Source of the DNA: Euprymna scolopes
Taxonomy: Eukaryota
Reading direction: 5' to 3' (one strand)
NCBI GenBank assembly: GCA_053919585.1
Contig: CM132798.1
DNA length: 64,000 nt
The notes beneath the pieces are model-generated. The model ran no database searches and had not been told where the DNA came from. It was given only the letters and a program-made list of their open reading frames with translations. The position numbers and the translations under genes are program-made. Position 1 is the stretch's first letter. Each line of letters opens with the position of its first letter. This document shows positions 12,042 through 25,987 of the stretch, piece after piece.

Positions 12042-12460
12042 TTTTTTTTTTTTTTTACTTGGGAGTCACCACTTATCAAGGACCGAAAGCCACTCAAGGA
12101 TAAGGTTTAATGAATGTAAGGTGGTAGTTTAGTAATCATTAATGGTGTAAAATTGGGTAGAATTTGATTATTTATGGGGACGGCTCAATAAGAATTTGTT
12201 TACATTAGATTTGAAGTCTACCATGTTGTATTCAACTAGGAAGCAAGCCAGCAGAACAGTATTCCACAGGCGAGCAGTTCTGAAGAGCTCTCTTCATGGA
12301 ATCTGCATTTAAATTTAAGCATGTATAGGGAGTGAAGGAAATCGTATATAGTGGTTATAGTTGAGTGTTTTTTGTGAAAGTTTGGCAAGGGGGGGGCCAT
12401 AGATTGGAGTTCAGTCGAGCACTTACCATGAAAGTAATGATAGAGCAGAGACAGGCTCGC
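12042..12460 (-). mobile_element. LINE family A 3' fragment
   Basis: Reverse complement of the 14630-15060 type sequence; poly(T) at 12042-12056. Confidence 0.8.
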
Positions 12461-13509
12461 AATTTTATAAATATTATTGGGCTAAGCATTAAATAATGCA
12501 AAAAGAGTTGATATGCTGTTGAATAAAACAGCCACAGAACCAATCCTCTCTCTCACCTCTTCACACTTTTTAATTTTTATATCTCGGTTTATTTTTATTT
12601 GATTTGTGATTCCATGATGCTATCAGCATGTATCCAGCCAATCAAGACATTTTTTTTTGCCAAGCTTGTTTCTCTTACACTCAACACATATGTCCCTAAC
12701 CCTAACCCAATTCTAATCCTTCTTTTACTAGCATTCTCATCTTCTTTTTTTTTTTTTTTTTTTTTTCCTTTTTTGGTTTGTCATCATTAACCTCACCATC
12801 CACCCTTTGTTTTCTGCCCCTCACCTCCAGCCCTACTTCAGCACCTTTTTCACTCATTTTTATGTGAGAATTCTTTGGAATCTCTGTAAATGATTATGCA
12901 TTCAGAAGAACAATCCTTGGCAGGAGTCTGTCATTATTTGTATTCCTTGCAGATGTGCCGGTCTTCTACCCCCCCACACACACACACAACAAAAAATTAA
13001 AAAAAAACAAAAAAAACAGTGCCAATAGATGTGAGCTCTTCAGCTTCAAATTTTCTCTAATTGCTATTGATTTTAAACGAATCTATTCGTGTCTACCTCT
13101 TCCCCCTTTGCTTTAGAAAAGTTCTTTATCTTTTCTTCGCATCCTCTTAGACAAGTTTCTCATCCTCCGTCACTATTAAATCTTTCCCTCATCCTTAACC
13201 TCATTTCCCTCTCACAGTCTTTCTCAGATTTCTCATTCTCAATATTCTCACACTATCTTTCTTTTCCCCAATTACTTTCTCCCTCTTTCTTTAACTTTGT
13301 TATTCTCACTTTCTTTCCCAACATTTTTCCTTCTCATTGAATAAATTAATTTTTATTATGAATGAGTTTTTTTTTTCTTTCTGTCACTTTATGAAAACTT
13401 TCCATTGTCCCTGTTTAATTTTTATGTCCCTATAATTTTCTCAATTTCTTGCAATAAATATTTGACTTCCTTGCTTTCTCACATCTTTATTTCTAGGTGA
13501 GCGTGGATA

Positions 13510-13546
<37 letters not shown>

Positions 13547-14242
13547 AATAATAATAATTTTGTTTGGGCTTTCTGCATTTTGCCTTGTTAAATTTGTCTA
13601 CATAACTCTTGCCTGCTTTTTTTTTTTTCATAATTATTGCCAGGTTGAAATTGCCGTTCTTGCAGAGAGCCGAGTTAGGTTTTATTAATAGTTCTACAAC
13701 TATAACCCTCACCCTATATCTTTATTTCATAGAAATGTTTAAGAATGTATTTTGATATCATCCAAGTATAAGGAATGACAAACTTGGGTTGAATTTAAAA
13801 AAAAAAACTACAAATAAGATTTTAATAGGAAAATTTTTATACATGTCAAAAGTTTCACGTTATTTGATAAAAGTGATATGTATATTTGTTATACTTAACA
13901 TAATCAAATACTTCTTAAATAAGAGAAAAACCTAGGTTGTCCTAGATGGTCGATGATCTTATGTCAAAAGAACAATATAATTGCGGATGTGACACAGGGG
14001 TCGATCCTTGGACCTTTATTATTCCTCATTCATAAATGACATGTGCAATAAAATTGTCTCCAAGATGGATATATTTGCTGATGACATCATGCTCTATAAC
14101 AGACACGAGGGGAAAACAAATGAATACACATCTAAAGAAGTGGATGAAACATTTGAGGAAAACCTCCAGTCTTTAGTGGAATAGAGGTATAAATAGTTCA
14201 TTCAATGTTTCTAAAACTAAGCTTTTTTTTCCTTTAATAATT

Positions 14243-15060
14243 TTATCTTTACATCATCAAGGCTCTGATCCCCATCTGTCATCAATTGAAATGAATGGCT
14301 CTCGTCTTGGGGAGGCCTCATGTTTTGACAAACTTCTGGATTTGACCCTTACTCCTGATCTTAAATGGAACACATACATTAAATCCGTTGCCAAGGCCGC
14401 TGGAAAAATGGTGGGATCCTTCTATCAATCCAGTAGATATCTCACTGCTGATGCAATTCTCTATCTATATAAGAGCCAGGTACGTCCAAGGATGGAGAAC
14501 TGTTGCCACATTTGGGCAAGAGCTACTAGAAAGGACTTGTCCTGCCTTGATAGAGTTCAAAATTGACTTCATAGCCTCGTAAGGGATGTCCTTTTCTCTT
14601 CCCTGCAACCTCTTTCTTACAGAAGAGATGTTGTGAGTTTGTCTCTGCTTTATCGTTATTCTCATGGCAAGTGCTCGGCTGAGCTCCAATCTATGGTCCC
14701 CCCTCGCCAAACTTTCACAAGAAACATCCATCTAGCAGAAAACACTATCACTAATTTCCCCCATTCTTTATCTATGCCTAAACCTAAACGTAGATTCCAT
14801 GAGCAAAGCTTCTTTCATAGAACTGCACACCTATGGAATTGTCTTCCGTTTTCCTGCTTTCCAGCTGACTACAATATGGTTGTCTTCAAGTCTAATGTAA
14901 ACAAATTTTTGAAGAGCCGTTCCATATAAGTGAACAAATTTACCGAATGTCCATTATTAACGATTACTATATTGTCCAATTTCTACTGTACACTCTTTAA
15001 CCCTTATCCTCGAGTGGCCTCTCAGCCTTGATAAGTGGTGATGCCTATGTAAAAAAAAAA
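14243..15060 (+). mobile_element. CR1/L2-group LINE family A, 3' fragment with poly(A)
   Basis: LKWNTYI..LYKSQVRPRMENCCHIW..SFFHRTAHLWNCLP..FKSNVNKFL, then 3' UTR and poly(A). Confidence 0.85.
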
Positions 15061-15110
15061 GAAAGAAAAAAGAAAACTTCTTAACTACTGATTGCCATGG
15101 TTTAGATGAT

Positions 15111-15291
15111 TAGGGCTAGGACAACAGAATATTCTTTTCACTGTTTTGACTCTAGAGTATATATCCGATACAGTTAGACATAGTTAATCAACCGAAAAGC
15201 ACATCACTCTACATAAAAATATACACGATATCAACGGATACATACTCCACAGTCAAAATAATGAAAAGAATATTCTGTTGTCCTAGCCCTA
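15111..15291. mobile_element. hAT MITE, same family
   Basis: TIR TAGGGCTAGGACAACAGAATATTC; degenerate TSD (TAGATGAT/TTAATGAT). Confidence 0.85.
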
Positions 15292-17434
15292 TTAATGATA
15301 CACTAACTGAAAGCTCTTCATTTAAGTTCTTCGGCTTAACATTCACAAGAAACGTGAATTGGAAACAAATACATTAAGGTCATTGATGCTCTGGAGAAAG
15401 TGGGTTCTCTTTATCATGCTAGAAAGTTACTCACGCCTGAGAGTATCCTGTATCTCTATAAAGCACGATATGCCCATGCATGAACTATTGTTACCACATC
15501 TGTGCTGCCGCATCTGCCACTAGTCTCTCACTCTTAGACAGGGTTAAAAAAAGAGTTGCCAACCTAATAGGTCCTGCACTGTCAATTAAACTCCAACCTC
15601 TGTTCCATCGACGAAATATTGCATTCCTGTGTCTGTTTACTATTTTAATGGAATGTGCTCTGACAATCTCATAGTACTTGTGTTCCATCAATGTAAATAT
15701 CCCTAATTGTCCTGACAAGCAGTTAAATCTCATCCCTACACTGTAAAGATCCCTAGGTGCTGGAAAGACTTTTACTCAAATAGTTTCTTCCTTCGAACAA
15801 CTAAACTTTAGAACTCCATCCCAGGTCCCTGCTTTCCAGACTGTACTGACATGCAGAAGTTCAAATGTAATCTGAACAGACATCTTGCTACTCAACTTCC
15901 TACATAGTATCCCTGTAAGTTTGGTCTCAATTAATAGCCTCTTATGTCAAAGTAGCACTGTGTCTTAGGGTGAAATAATGATAATTTATTTTTTAAATTA
16001 ACTTGCGTGTCTAAAACATTAGATGAATAACAAGAGTTTAGACTGAAACACAAAATGTTTTCTACTACTTTTATCTATGTAATCCAACAGATAGTTGCAT
16101 AGTAACAGTAGAAGGAGAAATCCAGATAAAGAAAGAGAGAGCGAATAAAGACATATATATATCAATAAAGAGTAAAAAAAAAAATCTATGTAAGATTAAA
16201 GTTGTGTCTGATTGTCATGATTTTTGTTTGCCACGTTATTTGAGGACATATTTTAATATCTAATAAAACAGATGGTGGGAGGGTTAAAAACTTTGTTTTA
16301 GCATTGCTCTTGAGGCCTCCTTATTTTTATTTAGTGCTTTTAGTCATGCTCGGGGGGGGGGCTCCTTAATGTTATATTTTCACGACTCACTTAAAAAAAA
16401 TATTTATCTCGATTTTTTTTATGTACTGAATATTTGTTCATGGAACCTTTATAAGATCTGTTCCTTATTTCATTCTAAACATTTTTCTTTTTTAGAGAAT
16501 TTAATAATTTTGCATTTGAAGAAAGTTTTTTAAAAGGTTTTGTTTTGAAAATGTAAGATTTTTTTATTATTATGACCTTATATAGAATGAGATGGCTGCT
16601 TAATGGTATTAAGAGGATAAATACAAATGAAGAGGGAGCAAGAAAGATAGTAAGAGACGCATATGTACCCATAGGGAGTGAAAGCAATCTATATTATGCT
16701 AAAACTCTGTCTTGGTGTCACCATGTTTGAGACGGATATTTTGCATTGGAGAGTCAGGCATTTTAAGGAGGCAGCACGTATGCTAAGAAAAGAAAAATTA
16801 CTAAGCATAGATTTTAGTAGCATTTGGAAACCTCTAATTATAGAAAAAAAACAAACATTGTACACTCTTAAAATTTTGGCGATGAAAGGGAGATAATCCC
16901 CTATCAATTTTTATTATTTGCTTCCCCTTTCTCAACCAATTTTTTCACAAATTTGAAACTTAAACCATAAAATAGAAACTAACTCACAGAATACGAAAAT
17001 ATCTAAGGGGGCAGTAACTTGTCTCTTTTTTTTTGTTGATATTTGTTTTGTAGTTTTTTGTTTTCATATTTAGCTTGGCATACACACAAAGCCCACACAC
17101 AACTAGCCTTTATATAATAGATGAATCATTATACAACACAAGTTTCATCAATTATTAGAAACATCAATTTAAAATTGTCTTATTACTAAGATTGGGAGTT
17201 GTTATTTATAATGATTGTGATGCTAACAATTGAAATATGGTCACTTGGAATAATGCCACAATCCAAATATTTTGTTTTAGAGTTCCTTTATTTGCTGCCA
17301 TCATGGCCAAACAAGTTCATTAATGACTGTAGAGGAAAAGTATTGGTTCGCTTGCTTTGTTTGATGACATTTCAACCGTTTTTTGATTTATTTAATCTCA
17401 AATTCAGTTATTTTATTTTTGATGCTTCAACGTT

Positions 17435-19148
17435 TTAATATTTCTTAATTACACACTATTTACAAAATATCATATAATGTTAGAAATTCCTTAATTACAC
17501 ATTATTTGCAAAATATATAATGATGAGATATTTCTTAATTACACACAATTTACAAAATATCATAAAATGGTTAAATATTTCTTAATTATACATTATTTAC
17601 AAAGTATATAATGGTTAAATATTTCTTAATTACACACAATTTATAAAATATCATAAAATGGTTAAATATTTCTTAATTACACACTATTTACAAAAAAATC
17701 ATATAATGCTTAAATATTTCTTAATTACACACTATTTTCAAAATATTATAATATGGTTAAATATTTCTTAATTACACACTATTTTCAAAATATATAATGT
17801 TAGATATTTCTTAATTACACACAATTTAATAAAATATCATAAAATGGTTAAATATTTCTTAATTACACACTATTTTCAAAATATTATATAATGGTTTAAT
17901 ACTTCTTAATTACACACTATTTACAAAATATCATATAATGGTTAAATATTTCTTAATTACACACTATTTTCAAAATATCATAAAATGGTTAAATATTTCT
18001 TAATTACACACTATTTACAAAATATTATATAATGGTTAAATATTTCTTAATTACACACTATTTTAAAAATATCATATAATGGTTAAATATTTCTTAATTA
18101 CACACTATTTACAAAACATCATATAATGGTTAAATATTTCTAAATTACATACTATTTACAAAATATCATATAATGGTTAAATATTTCTTAATTACACACT
18201 ATTTACAAAATATCATATAATGGTTAAATATTTCTTAATTACACACTATTTACAAAATATCATATAATGGTTAAATATTTCTTAACTACACACTATTTAC
18301 AAAACATCATATAATGGTTAAATATTTCTTAATTACACACTATTTTCAAAATATCATATAATGGTTAAATATTTCTTAATTACACACTATTTACAAAATA
18401 TCATATAATAGTTAAATATTTCTTAATTACACACTATTTTCAAAATATTATATAATGGTTAAATATTTCTTAATTACACACTATTTACAAAAAAATCATA
18501 TAATGGTTAAATATTTCTTAATTACACACTATTTTCAAAATATTATAAAATGGTTAAATATTTCTTAATTACACACTATTTTCAAAATATATAATGATGA
18601 GATATTTCTTAATTACACACAATTTACAAAATATCATAAAATGGTTAAATATTTCTTAATTACACACTATTTTCAAAATATTATATAATGGTTAAATATT
18701 TCTTAATTACACACTATTTTCAAAATATCATATAATGGTTAAATATTTCTTAATTACACACTATTTTCAAAATATATAATGGTTAAATATTTCTTAACTA
18801 CACACTATTTACAAAATATCATATAATGGTTAAATATTTCTTAATTACACACTATTTTAAAAATATCATATAATGGTTAAATATTTCTTAATTACACACT
18901 ATTTTCAAGATATATAATGGTTAAATACTTCTTAATTACACACTATTTTCAAAATATCATATAATGGTTAAATATTTCTTAATTACACACTATTTTCAAA
19001 ATATGTAATGGTTAAATATTTCTTAATTACACACTATTTTCAAAATATCATATAATGGTTAAATATTTTTTAATTACACATTATTTTCAAAATATTATAT
19101 AATGGTTAAATATTTCTTAATTACGCACTATTTACAAAATATCATATA
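17435..19148. repeat. 47-bp AT-rich satellite (~37 copies, with 44-48-bp variants)
   Basis: GGTTAAATATTTCTTAATTACACACTATTTACAAAATATCATATAAT. Confidence 0.95.
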
Positions 19149-19194
19149 CAAAATCAGGTAATCTATTTTTTCTATACAAAATATAATCTATTAA

Positions 19195-19412
19195 CCCTTT
19201 ATGAACTGTAAATGATTAAAAGAAATTGTCAATTTTAGATGGCAGCATACTGAATGTAAGCAGTATACAATTACAATCTGGAGGTACCTGGCATCTACCC
19301 AGATACTGTTCTAATACATATAACGTGTGTTTTAATCAATACCCACTTTATTTGTGCCGTTATGTTCATTTATCTACAACTGAACGAATTAGTTCAACCA
19401 GGTCATAAAGGG
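19195..19412. mobile_element. piggyBac-type MITE
   Basis: TTAA-CCCTTTATGAACTG ... CAGGTCATAAAGGG-TTAA: 14-bp TIR (one mismatch) with TTAA TSD. Confidence 0.75.
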
Positions 19413-19664
19413 TTAAATATTTTAGAAATTTTTGTGACCTTAAAAGGCCAAAAAGTAATAAGACAACAAGGAGGTAGAATTAACAATGATGTATATGCAA
19501 AAAATACAAAAGTTATGTGTGTTGGTTATAGCAACTGTCTCTTACCCCCATTATTACTATTCATAGCGTCAAGAGAGTCCTCGTAGTAATACAGTAGGGT
19601 AGGTCAGCGTAGCAAAACTATAAACTTTATGCATAAAAATCAAAGTAATTAAGTTTGTCCTTAA

Positions 19665-19838
19665 TAGAGTTGTGACAATAGAATAATCTTTTCATTCTTT
19701 TGACTGTCGGGTATTTATCCGACACAGTAAGACACAGTCAATCAAACGAGACTCACATCCGTCTATACAAAAACATATAAGATAATAACGGATATATACT
19801 TGAGTCAAAACAATGAATATGCTGTTGTCACAGCCCTA
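19665..19838. mobile_element. hAT MITE, same family (partial copy also at ~20195-20304)
   Basis: Degenerate TIRs and the same internal sequence. Confidence 0.75.
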
Positions 19839-20707
19839 CTAATGAGTTACCATTTATCACTCAAGTATAAATGCTAAGTTTATTAGATGGGATGCTTTAG
19901 AAAATTACACATTTTTCATAGAAGTTCTGTTTAGTTTTAGGTACAGAGAGAGAGAGAGAGAGTGAAAAATTCTTTGATATGTAGATAAGTGAGTTCTTGA
20001 TCTGGACAACTCAAAGTTACCTTGCTAGTAGAGCTTTAACATCATGCAAGCTCAGGAAGAAATTTAAGCTTCCATGACAATAGTGGATCGATGGCTGATT
20101 CTTTTAAGCTTCTCTGCCTCCATTTTTTTTTTTTTTTTTTTTTTTTTTGCAGAAACCAATTTCACGAGCTCGTCACCACCTCAAGCACGCTTTCTGCTTG
20201 ACTATCAACCGAACACCACATCCGTCTATATAAAAACGTATAAGATATTAGCGGATATATACTCAAGAGTCAAAACAAAAGAATATGCTGTTGTCACGGC
20301 CCTTAAATAACATGAAATATGTGAAATGATTGAATGTGGCATGAAACGACCCCAAAAAGGTTAGCATGACATAAAACTCAACAAGCAACCAATCAGTTCC
20401 AAATAAGATTATTGTCTTTTCTTTTATTTATAAAACTTGTTCCATTGTCTCTGAATCTGTAGATTCCATTAAATTGGACATCTGTTTGCATGATTGCTTT
20501 CGAGAGAAACGTGTTATTAATAACGTTCTTTTATGATTCTAATCTGGATCCGATTTTCATCATTTTTCTTATTCGATTGTTAAGGATATTATTTTTCACT
20601 TTTTTTTTTTATTATTGCTGTATTTATTCCATTTTTTTTTTTTTTTTAATTTCTATAATGAAGTAGATTTAATAACTTGAGTCTAATTTATCATCTTTTT
20701 GTTATTA

Positions 20708-21830
20708 CTAGGCTGGGTGCCCGGCGTTGCCCGGATGTTTGGAGGTGTGTGTTGAGCAAAAAAAAAAAAAAAAATGGGTAGTACGCAGGCAGGCTCAAAG
20801 CCGTACCGTGAAGGAGGAAAACAATGTGAAAAAAAAAGTGGCGTGCTTGCTGTTACACCTATCGCCAAACCGGAAGTGACATAGGTTTTAATTAAGGCTA
20901 GACAATCGAAAAGAGGGTATGACTTTTGAAAATACCGGCAAAAAAAGCGATCCCCCCTTGTAGAAAAGTGTCCAGTTAAGGGTGAAGAATATAATGTTTT
21001 TAGCCAATTTTTCGTCAAAAGGGTCAAGCTTCAAAACGATACCGATCTCATAAAAATCCGTCGCCTCTGTCGAAAGTTTTAGGTAAGCATACATACATAC
21101 ATTTAAACAGACAGGTTAGATTTATATTATAGACTAGCGGGGGTGCCCGGCGTTGCTCGGGTGTTTGGAGGTGTGTGTGTGTTGGGGCAGTAGATAAAAA
21201 AAGATGTTAAACTTCTTTAAAAAATCGGAAAAACAAAAAGAAAAAACAGCCAACAACTCGGCATCGTTACCCATTCGCATATGACGGCAGAGTAACAGAA
21301 AAGTGATTTTTAACAATTAAAACTTAATTGACGGATGCGCGAATTTAATGATAATGAAGTCAAACATATCCAGCAGTTAACTTTTGCTGCGAGGCAGTTT
21401 TTTTGTTTTCTTTCCCCAACTTTGGCTTTTTGTTTCCCCCAAAATGTTTGGGGGGAAAACCAGCTCTCTAGTGTCCCAATGAATAACCAGCTCTCTAGAG
21501 TCCCAATGAATAACAATTGTCTGATATAAGGGGTTTCTCTCGCATTGATCAAACGTTATTGCTTTTTTGGACCCCCCATCCTTGGCACGAGTGCCAGGGA
21601 ACTGATGTTACGGGTTCAGTTATGCTTTTTTATACTGAAAAGCAAAACAAAGATGCTGCAAGTAAAAAAAATCTCGAAAATATCGCGTAAAAGTCGGCCA
21701 AATTAAAGATAGATGCGACCTCCCTTCGTAACTCATAGATATTATAATTTAGACAGTATATAAAAAGTTTTAAGAATGAGTGACTCCACCAGGCGCGCCC
21801 CGTAAAAAAGCCTCTGCCGGACATAAAAAT
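20708..21830 (-). mobile_element. Tandem non-autonomous Helitrons
   Basis: CTAGGCTGGGTGCCCGGCGTTGCCCGG at 20708 and CTAGCGGGGGTGCCCGGCGTTGC at 21134. Homologues at 27810-28200 (+) and 41497-41932 (-). Confidence 0.75.
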
Positions 21831-22164
21831 GTAAAATCAGAACTTTTGGGGGTATCGGAATCAGAAAAATGTGATCCTATTTTCCAATGCCAAAAACAAT
21901 TGCTTTTATTATCATTTTTCATCTGATTTTGTTTAAAACAAAATCTTCCACTGCTGGTTGTAATAATAAAATAATAAATATTTATTGATTCTAAATTACC
22001 AGTAAAACTAAAATATCATCTCCTGCAAGTGTGTTTGAGTTTGAGAAAATATATGCACATTTAACATACGTTTTTATGATAATCCGGAAAAATAAAAACA
22101 ACAATAATAATAAATATTTAGAGATTTATATAGAATCAGAATCTGTAATTTAGTACGGAATCGG

Positions 22165-24290
22165 TAATTGGCAAAAATAACTGGCAAGCCATCAGGGATC
22201 TCATCAGGGACGCCGCATGGCAAAATATCTTTTCACTTCCTGCTGAACATTGCACAAATGAGGCCACTGAATAGTTCAAAATGGCAATTGAAGCACACGT
22301 TCCTACGCGCAAATTTTACAGCAAGCCCCACTGGTTTACTTCTACTTGTTCAGCTGCAATAGTGCAAAGGCAGCATGCGTACCGCAAATTTAACTGACCT
22401 AAGTCCAGTTCAAACAGTATATAGAAGCCAAAAGTAACTGTCAGAAAGAAATAGCGACAGCTAAGAGAGAATTTACTGAAACCACCAAAAAACGCATTGA
22501 AGCACAGAAGTTCTGGAAAAATCTACAACAGTGTAGAAAATAATAGGCAATCAACAATTCCCCCACTATCCAACAATCACGAGGTTGTTTGCTCTGCAAC
22601 TGAAAAGGCTAACATGCTTGCCAGTCAGTTTGCCTCCAACTCCACACTGGACCCTGCCAACCACCCCCTCCCTGACTTTCCTTTGCGGACAGACGCCACA
22701 CTAGACGATCTGAAAATCACCCATTCTCAGGTGCATGCTATCATAAGAAATCTTGACACTGCAAAAGCATGTGGACCCGATCTCATCCCGACTGTGTTAT
22801 TAAAAAAGTGCTCCGCCGAAGTAGCTCCAATTCTCTCCAAACTTTACAACAAATGCCTTAATGAATCTTGCTTTCCTGCCTGCTGGAAAACTGCTTCTGT
22901 AGTACCAGTTTTCAAGAATTCTGACGAAAGAACTGACCCAGTAATTATCGCCCCATTAGCCTCCTCCCATTTTTCGCCAAAATATTTGAGATCATAATTA
23001 ACCAAGCTCTAGTCCATCACCTTACAAATGCTAAACTTCTGACTGACCAACAATATGGATTTAGGCAAGCCCATTCCACAGCAGACATCCTTACTGTAAT
23101 CTCAGAACGTATATACCATTCACTGGACAAAGCGGGGGAGGGTAGAGTGGTAGCTCTAGATATATCTAAGGCTTTTGACAGGGTATGGCATGAAGGTCTT
23201 CTCATGAAAATCAGATCATATGGTATCATTGGAAGAATACATAACAATTAAATCCTTCTTAGATAAGAGAAAAATCCAGGTTGTCCTCAATGGTCGTACA
23301 TCTAAACAATATGATATAAATGCGGGAGTGCCTCAGGGGTCTATCCTTCGACCTCTGTTATTCATAATAATCATAAATGACCTCCCTGACTAAATTGCCT
23401 GTGAGATGGGTATATATGCTGACGACACCACGCTCTATAACGGACACGACAGGAAAACAAATGAACACATATCTAAGGAAATGGCAGAAACACTAGAGGA
23501 TGACCTCCGATCTCTAGTGGAATGGGGACATAAATGGATGGTCATATTCAATGCTGCCAAAACTAAACTCGTTTCCTTCAATAATTACAAGAAACCTTCT
23601 CTACCACCAATAGCAATGGCCAATGACTCTTTATCTGAAAGTACATCTTTTAAACTCCTCAGCCTAACGCTAGTATCGCCAGGACCGCTGCGAAGAAGGT
23701 AAGCTCTCTCTACCGTGCTAGAAAGATACTAACGCCTGAAAGTATCCTATACCTCTATAAGGCTACCATTCGCCCATGTATGGAGTATTGTTGTCATATT
23801 TGGGCTGGTGCATCTGCCAATAGTCTCTCGCTCCTAGACAAGGTTCAAAAGAGAGTCGCCAATCTGATAGGTCCTGAACTGTCATCTAAACTTCAGTCTC
23901 TGTCCCATTGACGAAGTGTTGCATCCCTCTGCCTGTTCTACAAGTACTTTAACAGTGAATGCTCTGACGAACTGCAAGCACTTGTGCCCCCTCGACGTAA
24001 ATCCCCCTGACAAACAGCTAAATCCTGCCCCTTCACAGTAGAGATCCCTAGATATAAGAGAACCTTCTACTCCAGTAGTTTCTTCACCAGAACAGCTAGA
24101 CTTTGGAATTCCCTTCCGGGTCCTGCTTCCCCAACTGTACTGACATGCAGAAGTTCAAGTGCAACGTGAACCGACATCTTGCTGCCCAACTCCTTACACA
24201 ATACCCCTGATGTCTATGTCCCTGATAGTAGCCCCCTACAACAAAGTGGCAATGTGCCTTGTTTGGGGTGAAAATGTAATAAAAAAAATA
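22165..24290 (+). mobile_element. CR1/L2-group LINE (family B), 5'-truncated RT pseudogene with 3' end
   Basis: KACGPDLIP, WKTASVVPVFK, QYGFR, ALDISKAFDRVWH, GVPQGS, IYADDT, YKATIRPCMEYCCHIW; frameshifts; A-rich tail. Confidence 0.92.
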
Positions 24291-24388
24291 AAATAAAATA
24301 TTTGAATTGTCCCATCATTAGTATCTAATATATAAAATTATCTTGTTATTCTGCACATCAGACTTTTTCTTTTCAAGGGAGTCACTAT

Positions 24389-25382
24389 TTATCGAGGCCA
24401 AAGGGGACAGTTATGTTCTTTTATCAAATGTTTATATATAGCACAAGTATTATTTAGATGCATGGTTATTCGCCGGGACAACGTTGTCGTTGTATGCCCA
24501 ATGTATGTATTATTTTCGGAGTTACATTTTCCCATAGAGCATTTGAATTTATACACTACATTGGTTTGTTCCAACGTTTTTATAGCCGGTGAGGAGTTCT
24601 TTCTGACCACAAGGTTTTGTATTCTAAACTTCTTGTAGTAAATAATAAATTTTTATTTTAGAATTATTGTCAACAGGCGTCACGTATCTTACGTATGATA
24701 TTTTTAATTGCGTTTTCTTCGATTCTGAAGTTAGGTGTCATTTGATTTTGATAAAGTATATTAATGGAGTTTGCATTCTAGTGTTGGCTAATATTATTAT
24801 TAGGGTTTTCAAGGGATTGTATCATGTTCCCCCTCCAATCTTAGAAAGGTCCTAGTTGACAACATAATAATTATACAACATGAAAATAATATTAAAAAAT
24901 TAAAAATTCTTGAAGCCTCATATATTAAATCCTTCAACCCACCATAAATGATATTACATTCGAGAAAAGCAGTAACATTCTAAAATGTCTTTCGTAATTC
25001 GTAGTGGACGGACTTTGTTAACGGTGTTCACGAACTTGCTGATTTTAATACTCGAATTTTTAATCGACTTTTCATCGACTCCATATATTTTAACTTATCA
25101 TCTCATGCCGTTTACTGTATATTTTAGTTTTCACTTTTAATTCTCATTTTCGCTCCTTTGGACTTTTACTTCAACACCTGAAGATGATTCATGGACAAAT
25201 CGAAAGCGCTCATGACAGCAACAATTACAAAACTTTCATTAATATTTTTGATTTTGATATAAAAAAGATTATACGGAAAATCGAAAAATTATTAAAAAAA
25301 AAAAAGAATCCTAAAGCAAAGTGTCTCCGTTGCATTTAATAATATTTGCTTGCATGAAAAAAATGCTGCCTAAATATACCAA
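24389..25382. mobile_element. Penelope-like element (Poseidon-type) with 5' inversion and pLTR containing a hammerhead
   Basis: Minus segment: VVYKFKC..TYIGHTTTTLSRRITMHL (GIY-YIG). Plus segment from ~24835 continues LRKVLVDN..LKILEASYIK. Hammerhead-like CTGAAGA-T-GATT(CATGGACA)AATC-GAAA-GCGC-TC at ~25178-25211. Then N-terminal VAFNNICLHEKMLPKYT ending in (TA)n. Confidence 0.85.
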
Positions 25383-25987
25383 TATATATATATATATATA
25401 TAACCACACGCACTATATATTTATTCTTCTCCTCCTCTTTCTGATTTCTGATTGGTTCTGATCACCATTTTATTTTGATAACTGCTAATTAATGTTGATA
25501 CGAGAAAAATTTTTAAAGTATTATATTTTGAAATACAAAAATTAACAATTTTTCATTCTTTAAATTTTTTTTATTTTTTTTTTATAGAGTTCTTTTCTGT
25601 CTTTCATTTTTATATGGCTTCTTTCTTTCATTTTTATATGGCATCTGTCTTTCATTAGAAGCAAAATAGAAAGCATAAATTGAAGTAAGTATAAAATGTA
25701 AAAAAAAAAAAATGCGGAGCGGGATTTTAAAGAAAATAATGGGTTGATAAATTTTTCGTTTTTTTGTTTTTTTTTTTAACTTTAAAATTTTAGGGAAATA
25801 TGAATAAATTTGTGAGGCGGGGGAGACAACATGAATGAAGCTAAGAGAATTTTAATTATGAAGAACATGAAATGCAATTCCTTGAAAATTGATAAAAAAT
25901 AAAAAGGCTGAATGTGAATTTGATGTCATCACAAAATTATTCTTTCACACTAGCAAAATTATCTGACATTTTCGGGGATCGAACAGA

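Larger units (their letters stand above)
13930..15978 (+). mobile_element. CR1/L2-group LINE family B fragment interrupted by a family A LINE and a hAT MITE
   Basis: 13930-14242 (QGSILGPLLF, IFADD), 15065-15110 and 15292-15978 are collinear with 23280-24270. Confidence 0.8.
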
